A DNA stretch of 64,000 bases from an uncultured Gemmatimonadales bacterium (GTDB lineage Bacteria > Gemmatimonadota > Gemmatimonadetes > Longimicrobiales > Longimicrobiaceae), in NCBI GenBank assembly GCA_963716255.1, contig OY970303.1:2464001-2528000 (forward strand), written 5' to 3'. Below, piece by piece: positions 1 to 9,766 of this stretch. A program made the position numbers and the translations under genes. The notes beneath the pieces were generated by a model that ran no database searches, had not been told where the DNA came from, and was given only the letters and a program-made list of their open reading frames with translations. How positions within the stretch are numbered: the stretch's first letter is position 1; the number at the start of each line of letters is the position of its first letter.

Positions 1-100
1 GCGCGGGGCCGGTGAGCCCCGGAAACAGCCCCGGGTCTCCCCGTCCGCGGAGTGAGCCAGCCAAACTGCCGGCTGTCTCCCTCCGCACAGATGGATATGG
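1..100 (-). repeat. Dispersed multi-hairpin repeat, family 2 (partial, at window edge)
   Basis: Reverse complement reads ATCTGTGCGGAGGGAGACAGCC-GGCAGTTT-GGCTGGCTC...GAGACCCGG-GGCTGTTT-CCGGGGCTC, matching the copies at 3301 and 26612. Confidence 0.7.
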
Positions 101-185
101 GTAAGACGGTACGGCGAACGACGAAAAGCACCTCTGCCCGTACTTCGTACTGCCGTTCACTTTCGCACTTTCGCACTCACCGTCC

Positions 186-635
186 ATGATCCTCGATTCC
201 CTGGCTGGCTTCGACGACACCGGGCTCCCGGACGGCGTGCGGGAGGCCATGCGCTGGCTGCGCGCCTTCGACCCGGCGACGGAGGACGGGCGCTACGCGG
301 TGCGCGGGGAGGAGGTGTTCGCCCTGGTGCAGACGTACGAGACGGGGCCGGCCACGGGAAAGCGCTTCGAGTCGCACCGGGCGCACCTGGACGTGCAGTA
401 CGTGGCGGAGGGGGAGGAGCGCATCCTGCACGCACCCGTACGCCTCCTCGCGGTGGCGGAGGCGTACGACCCGGAGCGGGACGTGGCGTTCTACGGGGAG
501 CCCGGGTACGCCAGCTCCATCCTGATGCGGCCGGGCGACTTCGCGGTGCTGCTCCCCGGCGACGGGCACAAGCCCGGGTGCATGGCCGGCGGACGGCACC
601 GGGTCAGGAAAGTCGTCGTCAAGGTGAGGATCTGA
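186..635 (+). CDS. YhcH/YjgK/YiaL (DUF386, NanQ-like) family protein
   Basis: FESHRAHLDVQY, PGDFAVLLPGDGHKP and terminal RKVVVKV motifs. Confidence 0.9.
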   Translation: MILDSLAGFDDTGLPDGVREAMRWLRAFDPATEDGRYAVRGEEVFALVQTYETGPATGKRFESHRAHLDVQYVAEGEERILHAPVRLLAVAEAYDPERDVAFYGEPGYASSILMRPGDFAVLLPGDGHKPGCMAGGRHRVRKVVVKVRI

Positions 636-1042
636 TGGCGGGGCCCGGGCAGTCCCGCCCCACGTCCCCGGCCACGCTGGGCCTCATCCGCCTGGCGATG
701 CTGGGCGGGATGCTCGCCTTCGGCGCGGTGGCGTGGTACCTCACGCACCAGCCGGGGTGGCGGCCCTCGCTGCCCACCGGCAGGGACGGGTTCTTCTACG
801 CGTCGCTGGGCATCTGGGCGGTGGTCACGGTGGTGCTGCTGCTGCTGCGGGCGCGCGTCCGCAGCGAGGCCGATCCGCGCCGCCGCACCCCGCTCATGCT
901 GGTGGGGTGGGCGCTGGGGGAGATGCCGGCCATCTGGGGCGGCATCTACTACCTGCTCACGGGCGACCCGCAGCGCTACGTCACCGGGCTGCTCTTCCTG
1001 GTGATGGCCTTTCTGCTCCTCCCCGTCCGCGCCCGCGACTGA
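635..1042 (+). CDS. Hypothetical membrane protein (about 4 TM)
   Basis: ATG overlaps the upstream stop (TGATG); four hydrophobic segments. Confidence 0.75.
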   Translation: MAGPGQSRPTSPATLGLIRLAMLGGMLAFGAVAWYLTHQPGWRPSLPTGRDGFFYASLGIWAVVTVVLLLLRARVRSEADPRRRTPLMLVGWALGEMPAIWGGIYYLLTGDPQRYVTGLLFLVMAFLLLPVRARD

Positions 1043-1146
1043 CGCCGGATCCGCGTAAACCAGGCTCCGTGGGACACCGGCAAGGTTTTGAGTCAAGGGG
1101 GCCGGGGGGTGAGGGGGCCAACCCTCGCGGACGTCGGCGCGATGCC

Positions 1147-1276
1147 CGCGTGAGGGATTTCGGCCCGAAGGGGCGAGACCCCGCGGCAGTTTGCGGGGGC
1201 TCGACTCCGTTGCAGACGGTCGTTTCGTCTGCTACGGAGCCGAAGCCCGACCCCGGCGCCAGCCGGGGGCACGCCC
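1147..1276 (+). repeat. Dispersed ~130-150 bp structured repeat, family 1, copy A
   Basis: CGCGTGAGGGATTTCGGCCCGAAGGGGCGAGAC...CTCCGT...ACGGAGCCGAAGCCCGACCCCGGCGCCAGCCGGGGGCACGCCC; 9 copies in the window. Confidence 0.9.
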
Positions 1277-1379
1277 GAACCGGCCGTAAAAAACCGGGCG
1301 GGTTTGCCGTACCCCCACCCGCGCCCGTAGACTTCCCGTCCGCCGCTCCGGCACCCCGGAACCAGCAACCCCCCGTGGA

Positions 1380-3236
1380 ATGAACGCCCGCGCACTCCTG
1401 ATCGCCCTCGCGCTCCCGGCCGCGCACGCCGCAGCCCAGGCCCCGGTCAGCTACGAAGTCGCCTTTCCCAACGCCGTGCACCACGAGGCGGAGGTCTCGG
1501 CCACCTTCGCCGGGGTGCCGGCCGGCCGGCCGCTGCAGGTGAGGATGAGCCGCGCCTCGCCGGGGCGCTACGCGCTTCACGAGTTCGCCAAGAACGTGTA
1601 CTCGCTCAAGGCGTTCGACGGGCAGGGACGCCCGCTGGCCGTGACCCGCCCGGACCCGTACGGCTGGGACGTGGCCGGCCACGACGGCACGGTGCGCGTC
1701 ACCTACACGCTGTTCGGCGACCGCGCCGACGGCACGTACGCCCAGGTGGACGCCACCCACGCGCACCTCAACACCCCCGCCGCGTTCGTGTGGGCGCGCG
1801 GGCTGGAGAAGCGCCCGGTGCGGGTCACCTTCCGCCCGGCGGACCCCGCGTGGAAGGTGGCGACGCAGCTGGCGCCCACCGGCGACCCGTACACCTTCAC
1901 CGCGCCCGACCTGCAGTACTTCATGGACTCGCCCGTGGAGGTGAGCGACCACGACCTGCGCAGCTGGCAGGTGGCGAGCAACGGGAAGACCTACACCATC
2001 CGCCTGGCGCTGCACCACGGCGGCACCCCCGCGGAGGCCGCCGCGTACACCGAGATGGCGAAGCGGGTGGTGGCCGAGGAGGCGGCGGCCATGGGCGGGC
2101 TCCCGGACTTCGACTACGGCACCTACACCTTCCTGGCGGACTACCTTCCGCAGGTCTCCGGGGACGGGATGGAGCACCGCAACTCCACGGTGGTCACCAG
2201 CTCCCGGCCGCTCTCCACCGGCGCGGTGGGCAACCTGGGCACCATCTCGCACGAGTTCTTCCACGCCTGGAACGTGGAGCGCATCCGCCCGCGCTCGCTG
2301 GAGCCGTTCGACTTCGAGCGGGCGAACATGTCCGGCGAGCTCTGGTTCGCGGAGGGCTTCACGCAGTACTACACGCCGCTCTTCCTCCGGCGCGCGGGGG
2401 TCTCGGGCACGGAGCAGTACGCGCCGTCGCTGGCGGGCACCATCAACGCGGTGACGCTCTCGCCGGGGCGGCAGCTGTTCTCGGCCGTGGAGATGAGCAT
2501 GCAGGCGCCGTTCGTGGACGCGGCCGCTTCCATCGACCCCAACAACCGCGGCAACACCTACATCTCGTACTACACGTGGGGCGCGGGAATCGGGCTGGGG
2601 CTGGACCTGGCGCTTCGCGCGCGCGGGCTTTCGCTGGACGGCTACATGCAGCGCATGTGGCGCGACTTCGGGCGCCTGCAGGACACCGTCGCCCACGCGC
2701 CGCGGACGCCGTACACGCTCGCCGACCTGCGCGGCACCCTGGGCGCGTACGCGGGCGACCGGGCCTTCGCGGACGACTTCTTCCGCCGCTACGTGGAAGG
2801 TCACGAGGTGCCGGACTACGAGCGCCTGCTGGCCCCCGCCGGGCTGCTGCTGCGCCGCGCCCAGCCGGGCCGCGCCTGGATCGGCGAGATGGTGGTGGGC
2901 TTCGAGGACAGCGTGGCGACCGTGGGCTCGTACCCGCTGACCGGCTCGCCGCTCTACCGCGCCGGCCTCACCGACGGCGACCGGATCGTTGCACTGGGCG
3001 GCCGCCCCGTCGCGACCCAGGCGGACATGGCCGCCGTGCTCGCCGCGCGCAAGCCCGGCGACGCCATCCCCGTGGAGTGGGAGGGCCGCGCCGGCCGCCG
3101 CACCGCCACGCTGCAGGCGGTGGAGAGTCCGGTCGTTGAGGTGGTGACGTACGAGGCCGCCGGCCGCCCTGTGACCGCCGCCATGCGCGCCTTCCGCGAA
3201 AGCTGGCTGGGGTCGAAAGCAGGGAACAGGGAATAA
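1380..3236 (+). CDS. M61 family glycyl aminopeptidase with C-terminal PDZ domain, secreted
   Basis: Signal peptide; GMEHRNS, HEFFHAWN (HEXXH) and LWFAEGFTQYY motifs; PDZ-like C-terminus. Confidence 0.92.
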   Translation: MNARALLIALALPAAHAAAQAPVSYEVAFPNAVHHEAEVSATFAGVPAGRPLQVRMSRASPGRYALHEFAKNVYSLKAFDGQGRPLAVTRPDPYGWDVAGHDGTVRVTYTLFGDRADGTYAQVDATHAHLNTPAAFVWARGLEKRPVRVTFRPADPAWKVATQLAPTGDPYTFTAPDLQYFMDSPVEVSDHDLRSWQVASNGKTYTIRLALHHGGTPAEAAAYTEMAKRVVAEEAAAMGGLPDFDYGTYTFLADYLPQVSGDGMEHRNSTVVTSSRPLSTGAVGNLGTISHEFFHAWNVERIRPRSLEPFDFERANMSGELWFAEGFTQYYTPLFLRRAGVSGTEQYAPSLAGTINAVTLSPGRQLFSAVEMSMQAPFVDAAASIDPNNRGNTYISYYTWGAGIGLGLDLALRARGLSLDGYMQRMWRDFGRLQDTVAHAPRTPYTLADLRGTLGAYAGDRAFADDFFRRYVEGHEVPDYERLLAPAGLLLRRAQPGRAWIGEMVVGFEDSVATVGSYPLTGSPLYRAGLTDGDRIVALGGRPVATQADMAAVLAARKPGDAIPVEWEGRAGRRTATLQAVESPVVEVVTYEAAGRPVTAAMRAFRESWLGSKAGNRE

Positions 3237-3256
3237 CAGCCTGCAACGGCAGAACG

Positions 3257-3299
3257 AAACGGCGCCCCCACCTCAGCATCGAGGTGGGGGCGCCGTTTT
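3257..3299 (+). terminator. Rho-independent terminator, possibly bidirectional
   Basis: AAACGGCGCCCCCACCTC-agcatc-GAGGTGGGGGCGCCGTTTT directly after the M61 stop. Confidence 0.8.
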
Positions 3300-3300
3300 G

Positions 3301-3450
3301 CAGTTCATGCAGTATCCCCCGGATTCTGTTCGGGGGGAGACTCGCCGGCTGTTTGGCGAGGCTCACCCCGGCGGAGGGAAACCCGCCGGCCGTTTGGCGG
3401 GGTTCCCGGAGCCCGCGCAGGAGACGGACGGCTGTATCGTCCGTCTCCGT
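3301..3450 (+). repeat. Dispersed multi-hairpin repeat, family 2
   Basis: TCTGTTCGGGGGGAGACTCGCC-GGCTGTTT-GGCGAG plus two further hairpins; closely similar to 26612-26760. Confidence 0.85.
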
Positions 3451-3482
3451 AGCGGCCCCGCCTCAGCGCAGAAAAACTCAGC

Positions 3483-3839
3483 TCACGAGTTGGGCACGTA
3501 CAGCGTGATCTGGTCCCCCTCGTGCACGGAGATCTCCTGGGAGATGGGGGTGCGGTTGCTCCCGATGGGATCGATCAGGAAGCTGAGCGACGTGACGCCC
3601 GACACGATGGCCGCGGGAATGGTGAGCACCGTCGTCGTGACGGCCTGCACGGTGCCCAGCCGAACCCGCTGGCCGCCACGGATGGCGTACACGTTGACGG
3701 CGGACCAGCTCCGGTTCTCCACCTCCACCGTGGTGCGCAGGCTGTCGCCGGGCGCGGCGCCGCGGCTGCGGTTGCCGGCGCACCCGGCCAGCAGGAGCAC
3801 GGGGAGCAGGAGGAGGAGCAGAGGGCGTAGGGATCTCAC
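3483..3839 (-). CDS. Small hypothetical lipoprotein
   Basis: AAGGAGG RBS before GTG; LLAGC lipobox; beta-rich mature part. Confidence 0.8.
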   Translation of the reverse strand: MRSLRPLLLLLLPVLLLAGCAGNRSRGAAPGDSLRTTVEVENRSWSAVNVYAIRGGQRVRLGTVQAVTTTVLTIPAAIVSGVTSLSFLIDPIGSNRTPISQEISVHEGDQITLYVPNS

Positions 3840-3886
3840 GGCGGACCTCCTTGAACGGTTCGGTTGCGCGGAAGGGCGCCGAACGG

Positions 3887-4108
3887 TCACCCCTCCCACG
3901 GCCGGGACGCGGCGAGCTGCTCGCGCAGCTCCTGTTCCGACATCTCCGCGAGCTCGCGCTCGGCGTCCCGGACGGTCTCGGACGCGAGGGCGGCCACCCG
4001 GACCCCGCCCTCGGCGCGGGGAGCGAGGAGGAGGACCGCAGCCCCCCACGACTCCCGGCCCACCGCGGCGTCCCAGGTACGCCCCGCGTCGTCGCTGAAG
4101 CTACGCAT
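3887..4108 (-). CDS. Small hypothetical protein
   Basis: MRSFSDDAGRTWDAAVGRESWG; overlaps the upstream TlpA-like stop. Confidence 0.7.
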   Translation of the reverse strand: MRSFSDDAGRTWDAAVGRESWGAAVLLLAPRAEGGVRVAALASETVRDAERELAEMSEQELREQLAASRPWEG

Positions 4109-4643
4109 CTGGCGGGCCGGAAGTTCCCCCGGGCGCGGCAAGGGCTTCGCCCAGCAGGCGGACCAGCTCGGGATCCCGGGCGTTCACGGGGCCCACGTGC
4201 TTCCACAGGATGGTGCCGTCGCGCCCCAGCAGAAAGGTGCTGGGGACGCCCAGGGTGCGGAAGGTGGAGGAAACGCGCTCGTCGGGGTCCAGCCACACGG
4301 CGTAGGTCATCCCGTACTCGCGGGCAAAGCCGGCCACGGCGGGGCGGTCTGCGCGGTTGTCCACGCTGACGCCCACCAGCGCCAGCCCCCCGGGCGCGTA
4401 GCGCTCGTGGAGCTGCTGCAGGGCGGGGATCTCCTCGCGGCAGGGGTGGCACCAGGTGGCCCACACGTTGAGGAGCACCACGCGCCCCCGGAGGCCAGCC
4501 AGCGACACGGAGTCGCCGTCCAGGGCGGTGGCGGCGTAGGCGGGGGCGGGGTTCCCCACCTCGGGCGGGGCCACGCGCCCCTCGCCGCAGGCGGCGAGCG
4601 CCAGCAGGAGCGCGGCGCAGGCGGCGGCGCGCGGCGCCCTCAC
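4101..4643 (-). CDS. TlpA/ResA-type thiol-disulfide oxidoreductase lipoprotein
   Basis: LAAC lipobox; LLNVWATWCHPCREEIP motif. Confidence 0.9.
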   Translation of the reverse strand: MRAPRAAACAALLLALAACGEGRVAPPEVGNPAPAYAATALDGDSVSLAGLRGRVVLLNVWATWCHPCREEIPALQQLHERYAPGGLALVGVSVDNRADRPAVAGFAREYGMTYAVWLDPDERVSSTFRTLGVPSTFLLGRDGTILWKHVGPVNARDPELVRLLGEALAAPGGTSGPPDA

Positions 4644-5917
4644 CGGCCGCCCCCCAGCGTGGCCCGCGCGGTGCGGACCGTGGAGGGGTCCCCGGGCGCC
4701 GTCCAGGCGAAGACCACTTCGCCCCCGCTGCGCACCATGCGCGGGAAGCCGCTGGCCCGCTCGCCGCCGGTGGCGGCGACGACCGTGGCGGCGCCGCGCC
4801 CGCCGTCCGGGGACACGCGGCGGGCGCGCACCTCGGCGGCCTCGCCGCCCGTGCGCTCGATCCAGCTCACCAGCGCGGCGCCGCCGTCCAGCAGCTCCAC
4901 GTCCACCCGCCCGCCGGGGTCGCCGTCGTCCACGCGCACGGGGTCGCCCCAGGTGGCGCCCGCGTCGCGCGAGAAGGCCACCAGCACGCGGGCGGTGTCG
5001 CGCGCGCCGCTGAACCAGGCCACGGCCACCTGCTCGCCGCGGGCGGCCACCTGCGGGCCGTTCACCGGGCAGGCGTCGATCTTCCAGCCGTCTGCGTGCA
5101 CGGGGCGCGGCTCGGTCCAGCGCCCGCCCACGCGGCGCACCACGTACACGTCGCGGACCTCGTCCGGCGAACGGTCGCGGTACACCACCAGCGGCCCCGC
5201 GGAGGTCGTGGCCTGCCCGGTCTGGCAGCAGTCGCAGATGCGCGCGTCCAGCGGACGCTCGGCGCCCACGCCGCCGTCGGCGGCGAGCGCGGTGTGCACC
5301 AGCATGGTCTCGCCCCCGCCGTGCCCGCCGTCGCCGCCGTGCGCCTCGGCCGCGGCGTACTTGCGCCCGTCCAGCCACACGGCGCCCAGCGAGTCGCCCT
5401 CGGCGGGCCACAGCGACACGAAGCCGTGCTCGGCGGCGGTGCCGTCGCGGTGCGGGACGACGCCCGGGCTCCAGGTGGCGCCGCCGTCGGCGGAGCGGGC
5501 GATGCGCACGTCGTAGGCGTAGCGCCCCGCGCCGCTGCGCTGGAGCCAGTGGGCGGCCAGCCGCCCCCCGGGGAGCACGGCCAGCGAGGGGAAGTCGGCC
5601 CAGTTGACGAACCAGTCGCGCCCGGAGGCGACGGTGCGCGGCGCGGACCAGCGCCCCCCCTCCAGCACGGCGAAGCGCAGGGCGTGCGCGGAGTCGGGGG
5701 CGGGCTCCACCCAGCTCAGGTACACGCGGCCGTCGTCGCCCGCGGCCAGGTTGGGCTCGGCGCTCCCGGGGGCGGCGGGCGAGGGGATCTCCCGCAGCGC
5801 GGCGAGCGCCGCGGCCGGAGCGGCCGCGGCGCCTTTCCCGGCGTCCGCGCCGCCGTCCGGGCGGCAGGACGCGAGCGCCGGCAGGGCGAGGGCGCAGGCG
5901 AGGAGGTCGCGGCGCAC
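4640..5917 (-). CDS. BNR/Asp-box (sialidase-like) beta-propeller lipoprotein
   Basis: LASC lipobox; SADGGATW and SRDAGATW Asp boxes; ICDCCQT and CPVNGP motifs. Confidence 0.8.
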   Translation of the reverse strand: MRRDLLACALALPALASCRPDGGADAGKGAAAAPAAALAALREIPSPAAPGSAEPNLAAGDDGRVYLSWVEPAPDSAHALRFAVLEGGRWSAPRTVASGRDWFVNWADFPSLAVLPGGRLAAHWLQRSGAGRYAYDVRIARSADGGATWSPGVVPHRDGTAAEHGFVSLWPAEGDSLGAVWLDGRKYAAAEAHGGDGGHGGGETMLVHTALAADGGVGAERPLDARICDCCQTGQATTSAGPLVVYRDRSPDEVRDVYVVRRVGGRWTEPRPVHADGWKIDACPVNGPQVAARGEQVAVAWFSGARDTARVLVAFSRDAGATWGDPVRVDDGDPGGRVDVELLDGGAALVSWIERTGGEAAEVRARRVSPDGGRGAATVVAATGGERASGFPRMVRSGGEVVFAWTAPGDPSTVRTARATLGGGR

Positions 5918-5930
5918 GGAAGCTCTCCGC

Positions 5931-7043
5931 CTACTGGAAGTTGGGCGGCGGGGTGGGCTGACCGCCGGGCTTCCACTGCGGGGCGGGGCCGTCGGCGAGC
6001 ATGCGCACGGCCTGCACGCCGGCGTCGATGACGCGCGCCATGTGCTGGAAGTCCACGCGCTCCACCTCGTCGTTGACGCCGTGGTAGTCCGAGTGCAGCC
6101 CGAAGGACGACAGGGTGTGCGCGACGACGCCCTTCCAGGCGAACACCACGTTGTCGCTGCGCTCGAAGAAGTTCTGCGTGGGGCGCGGGTCGGGGACGAT
6201 GGGGTTGCCGGCGGCGCGCAGCATCTCGCCCATGCTGGAGCGGTCGTACCCGGTGAGCCAGGCGCGCCCGGGGCCGCCGGCCAGCGAGTCGGGGCGACCG
6301 ATCATCTCGATCTGGATGTCGGCGACGGTGCGCTCCAGCGGGTAGCGCGGGTTGCGGACGTACCAACGGATGCCGGTGAAGCCCACCTCCTCGCCGGTGG
6401 TGAGCAGGAAGACGACGCTGCGTTTGGGCGGGGACTGCGCCAGCGCGCGGGCGATCTCCAGCACGGCCACGGTGCCGGAGCCGTCGTCGTCCGCCCCGTT
6501 GTTGATGGAGTCGCCGTCCACCGCCCTGCCGATGCCGATGTGGTCGAAGTGCGCGCCCACCACGACGTACTGGTCGCGCAGCGCCGGGTCGCTCCCCGGG
6601 AGCACGCCCACCACGTTGACGTCCGGGGCGCGGCGGGCGGCCGGGATGGTGTCGGCGTCGCCCGGCGTGTTCAGCAGGCGGTACCCGTTGCTGCCGTTGG
6701 GGCGCGGCACCAGCGCCATGGGGACGCGCTGGTAGAAGGCGCTGTCCCCCGCGGGCTGGATGCCGATGCGCTGGAGCTGCGCGGCGATGAAGCGCGCGGC
6801 GCGGGCGCTCCCCGGGCTGGCGGTGCGCCGCCCCTCCATGCTGTCCGCCGAGAGCGCGGAAAGCAGCGCCCGCACGTCGTCCGGCGAAGTGCGGGAGGTC
6901 CCGGCCGCGGACGGCGCGGCGGTCGCGGTCCCGGCGGGCGCCGCGCCGGGGTCGGAGACCGGGGCGGGCGCGGGGGAGCACGCCGCCAGCGCGAGCGCGC
7001 AGGCGGCCAGGAGCTGCGGGGGTGCGGACCGGGGTCGGGGCAT
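5931..7043 (-). CDS. M28 family metallopeptidase lipoprotein
   Basis: LAAC lipobox; GAHFDH, GADDDGSG, GEEVG and RSDN motifs. Confidence 0.9.
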   Translation of the reverse strand: MPRPRSAPPQLLAACALALAACSPAPAPVSDPGAAPAGTATAAPSAAGTSRTSPDDVRALLSALSADSMEGRRTASPGSARAARFIAAQLQRIGIQPAGDSAFYQRVPMALVPRPNGSNGYRLLNTPGDADTIPAARRAPDVNVVGVLPGSDPALRDQYVVVGAHFDHIGIGRAVDGDSINNGADDDGSGTVAVLEIARALAQSPPKRSVVFLLTTGEEVGFTGIRWYVRNPRYPLERTVADIQIEMIGRPDSLAGGPGRAWLTGYDRSSMGEMLRAAGNPIVPDPRPTQNFFERSDNVVFAWKGVVAHTLSSFGLHSDYHGVNDEVERVDFQHMARVIDAGVQAVRMLADGPAPQWKPGGQPTPPPNFQ

Positions 7044-7161
7044 CGTCGGCTCGGTGCGGGGGAGGGGCGGCGTTCGCTGGGCTCCGCCAATATGGCGCCG
7101 CCGCGGGCGGAGCGGCAACGTCCCGGCTCGGCGGACGGCCCGTCTCCACCCGCGGCGGCCG

Positions 7162-8235
7162 TCAGGAGACCGCGCCACCGGCGCCGTCGTACCCTCTCAT
7201 GAAGCAATCCAGGCTCACCTCGCCCTCCCGGCCCGGGGGCGGCGGGAGGCAGACTTCGGCAGGCCGCCCCCCGCGATCGATCCGCATACGGGTGATCGTC
7301 ACGCGCCAGCCGGCGGGCAGCCTGGGGACGGCGAGCCAGTGGAATTCGCCGCGGCCCGCGCGGCAGCCGCCGTCGTACACGCGCACGCGGAGGCGGTACT
7401 CGCGCGTGCTCGCCGAGCGCCACGCGTCCACCCCGTAGCGCGCGTGGCAGTCGCCCAGGAACGGCACGCCCACCAGCGTCCGTTCCGACAGGTCGCCGAA
7501 ATCGGCGCCGCGGCACTGCGGGAAGGCGAGGACCGCCGCGGCGGAGGCGCTGTCGTCCACCACCCACCCTCCCGGGAGCCTGCACCCGTCCGGCACGCCC
7601 GCGAACCGCGTCTGGAACCGCACGGTGTCCGCCGGGAGGGCGGCGGTGTCCGGCTCCACCTCGATCTGTGCCCGGGCCGGGGCGGCCCCGGCCAGCAAGC
7701 AGGCCAGGCCGGCGACGGCCTCCCGGTCCGGGAGCACCGCCGGGCATGGATCCGGCTCGTCCTCGCCGCTTTCCGCCCGGCTCCGGGTGAAGCGCACCCG
7801 CCAGCCAGCGGGGAGCTTGGGAAGGGCGAGCCAGCGGAACTCCCCGCGCATCGAGCGGCAGACCCCGCTGTAGACGCGCACGCGGACGCGGTACTCGCGC
7901 AGCCTCGCCGAGCGCCACGCGTCCAGTCCGTAGCGCGCGTGGCAGTCGCCCCGGAACGGCACGCCCACCAGCGTCCGCGCAGCGAGGTCGCCGAAGCCGG
8001 CGCCGCGGCACTGCGGAAATGCGAGGACCGCCGCGGCGGAAGCGCTGTCGTCCACCACCCACGCCCGCGGGGGCCTGCACCGATCCGACACGTCCGCGAG
8101 GCGCACCCCCAGCCGCACGGTGTCCGCCGGGAGGGCGGCGGTGTCCGGCTCCTCCTCGATCATCTGTGCCCGGGCCTGTGCGGCCCCGGCCAGGAGCATC
8201 ACCGCCAGCATCGCCCGCCGTGTCCATCTCCCCAT
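7162..8235 (-). CDS. Secreted hypothetical protein with two tandem ~130-aa Cys-containing domains
   Basis: Signal peptide ending AQA/ARA; EPDTAALPADTVR...WLA.P.LPAGWRV duplicated; start codon uncertain. Confidence 0.7.
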   Translation of the reverse strand: MGRWTRRAMLAVMLLAGAAQARAQMIEEEPDTAALPADTVRLGVRLADVSDRCRPPRAWVVDDSASAAAVLAFPQCRGAGFGDLAARTLVGVPFRGDCHARYGLDAWRSARLREYRVRVRVYSGVCRSMRGEFRWLALPKLPAGWRVRFTRSRAESGEDEPDPCPAVLPDREAVAGLACLLAGAAPARAQIEVEPDTAALPADTVRFQTRFAGVPDGCRLPGGWVVDDSASAAAVLAFPQCRGADFGDLSERTLVGVPFLGDCHARYGVDAWRSASTREYRLRVRVYDGGCRAGRGEFHWLAVPRLPAGWRVTITRMRIDRGGRPAEVCLPPPPGREGEVSLDCFMRGYDGAGGAVS

Positions 8236-8418
8236 CGCCCACCTCCACGTCCCGGGTTCCCGGTCCCGCGCGTCCCCGGCGCCTCTACCGGCCCGTCCCG
8301 GCAAAGGTTCCGGCCGGACGGCCCCACGCCGTGCTTGCGCTCGGGGCGCGGGCACTGGAGCTTGTGAGGGTCTGCCGGGCTCCCGCCCCAGCCTCTTCCC
8401 CCCGGACCCCACCGGCCC

Positions 8419-8910
8419 ATGCGCATCCTCCTCCTCCTCGCCGCGCTGCTGGCCTGCGCGCTCCCCGCGGCAGCACAGGGGCACCTGTTCCTGGCGGCCA
8501 GCAGCGGGTACCAGTTCCGCCCGGAGCTTGGGCTGCCGGTATCGGCGACGCTGGGGCTGGGAGGGCAGTACTGGCGCGCGGTGGCGGCGGGAGACCTGGT
8601 CTTTCCGCAGGACGCCTGCTCGTGCTGGACGGACGCGGACGACGTGTCCACCTGCCGCCGCTCCCGCCGCCGGCGCTGCGACCTGCGGCTGGAGCGGGCG
8701 GCGCGCTTCGAGGCGCTGCTCCTGGCGGGCGACCAGCGGGTGGGGCTGGGCGGCGGCTACCGGAGGGGTCCCCGCAGCGGCTTCTACGGGACGCTGGAGC
8801 TGGAGACCCCGTCCGAGGTGGTCGGCGGCTCGTCGCTGTGGGCGAAGGCGAGCGCGGGCGAGCACCTGGTGCAGTTCGACTTCGGGGTCGCCACGCGGGT
8901 GGCGTTCTGA
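8419..8910 (+). CDS. Small putative outer-membrane beta-barrel protein
   Basis: Signal peptide (PAAA/Q), alternating hydrophobic strands, C-terminal Phe. Confidence 0.6.
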   Translation: MRILLLLAALLACALPAAAQGHLFLAASSGYQFRPELGLPVSATLGLGGQYWRAVAAGDLVFPQDACSCWTDADDVSTCRRSRRRRCDLRLERAARFEALLLAGDQRVGLGGGYRRGPRSGFYGTLELETPSEVVGGSSLWAKASAGEHLVQFDFGVATRVAF

Positions 8911-8947
8911 CGGGAGCCCGGCGGGTCCGCCTTCAGCCGTTATCAGA

Positions 8948-9541
8948 TCACCCGCGCGCTTCCGGCGGCTGTGCGTTCCCCTCCTTCTCCGCTTCGGCGA
9001 CGACGCGGTCGTAGTGGCGCCGCCTGGGCGGCTCCTTGCCGTCCATGCGCAGCCGGTCGATGGCGCGGATCACCACGGCGGGGATCACGGCGTCGCCCTG
9101 GCTGTGGCGGACGTTCTGGATCACGCTGCTCGCCTCGGCCACGATCAGCCACACGAAGGCGCCCTTGGTGGTGGGCATCAGCTGGATGATGGTGGCGGCG
9201 GAGACGGGAAACACCAGGACCATGGTCCAGTCGAGCAGGGCGGCCACCAGCACCAGCGACAGGCGCAGCAGCTTTCCCACCAGCCCGCCCCACAGGCGCG
9301 ACGGGCTGTAGACCTCGTTGGGGTCCAGGTAGGCGCGGGCGATCCCGGTCACCAGGTCCAGCGTCATCACCACCAGGGTGACGATCAGGAACCCCAGGTT
9401 GCGGGCGCCCAGCGCCACGGAGAGCAGGGAGGCGACGGTCGCGACGGCGGCCGCGCCCGTGAAGTCCCCCGGCGCCCCGGCGCTGATTCCCTTCTTCAGC
9501 GACTCCACGGCGTAGACCGCCGCGCTCAGGATGCGGCTCAT
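8948..9541 (-). CDS. Phage holin family 4 (TcdE/Phage_holin_4_1-like) protein
   Basis: GAGGAG RBS; TM segments with DLVTG...S.RLWGGLVGK...LLD...EASSVIQN...IP pattern typical of this family. Confidence 0.75.
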   Translation of the reverse strand: MSRILSAAVYAVESLKKGISAGAPGDFTGAAAVATVASLLSVALGARNLGFLIVTLVVMTLDLVTGIARAYLDPNEVYSPSRLWGGLVGKLLRLSLVLVAALLDWTMVLVFPVSAATIIQLMPTTKGAFVWLIVAEASSVIQNVRHSQGDAVIPAVVIRAIDRLRMDGKEPPRRRHYDRVVAEAEKEGNAQPPEARG

Positions 9542-9737
9542 GGTTGTTGCTCCTCAAGTATTTTCAGGGCCGCCCCGTGGCGGGGCGGCGGACGCTGCGG
9601 AAAACAGGCGAGGCCTCCACTGGCGAACGCGCCGAGCAGAGGCCTCTCCCGGCCGTTCCCTTGCCGGAGCCCCGGCCGACTCCATGGCCCGGACTCCGAT
9701 TTGTTGTTTGTGTGGCGGTTATTATGCGACTATAACA

Positions 9738-9766
9738 ATTATAACACGACCACCTATCCGCGGCAA
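9738..9766 (-). promoter_or_regulatory. Sigma70-type promoter upstream of the holin gene
   Basis: Minus strand TTGCCG (9766-9761), 17-bp spacer, TATAAT (9743-9738), inside an unusual AT-rich patch. Confidence 0.7.

Noticed and set aside
1147..1276. Family 1 repeat as a riboswitch or tRNA
   Set aside because: Orientation is independent of downstream genes, neighbours are functionally unrelated, and no tRNA cloverleaf or T-loop signature is recognisable
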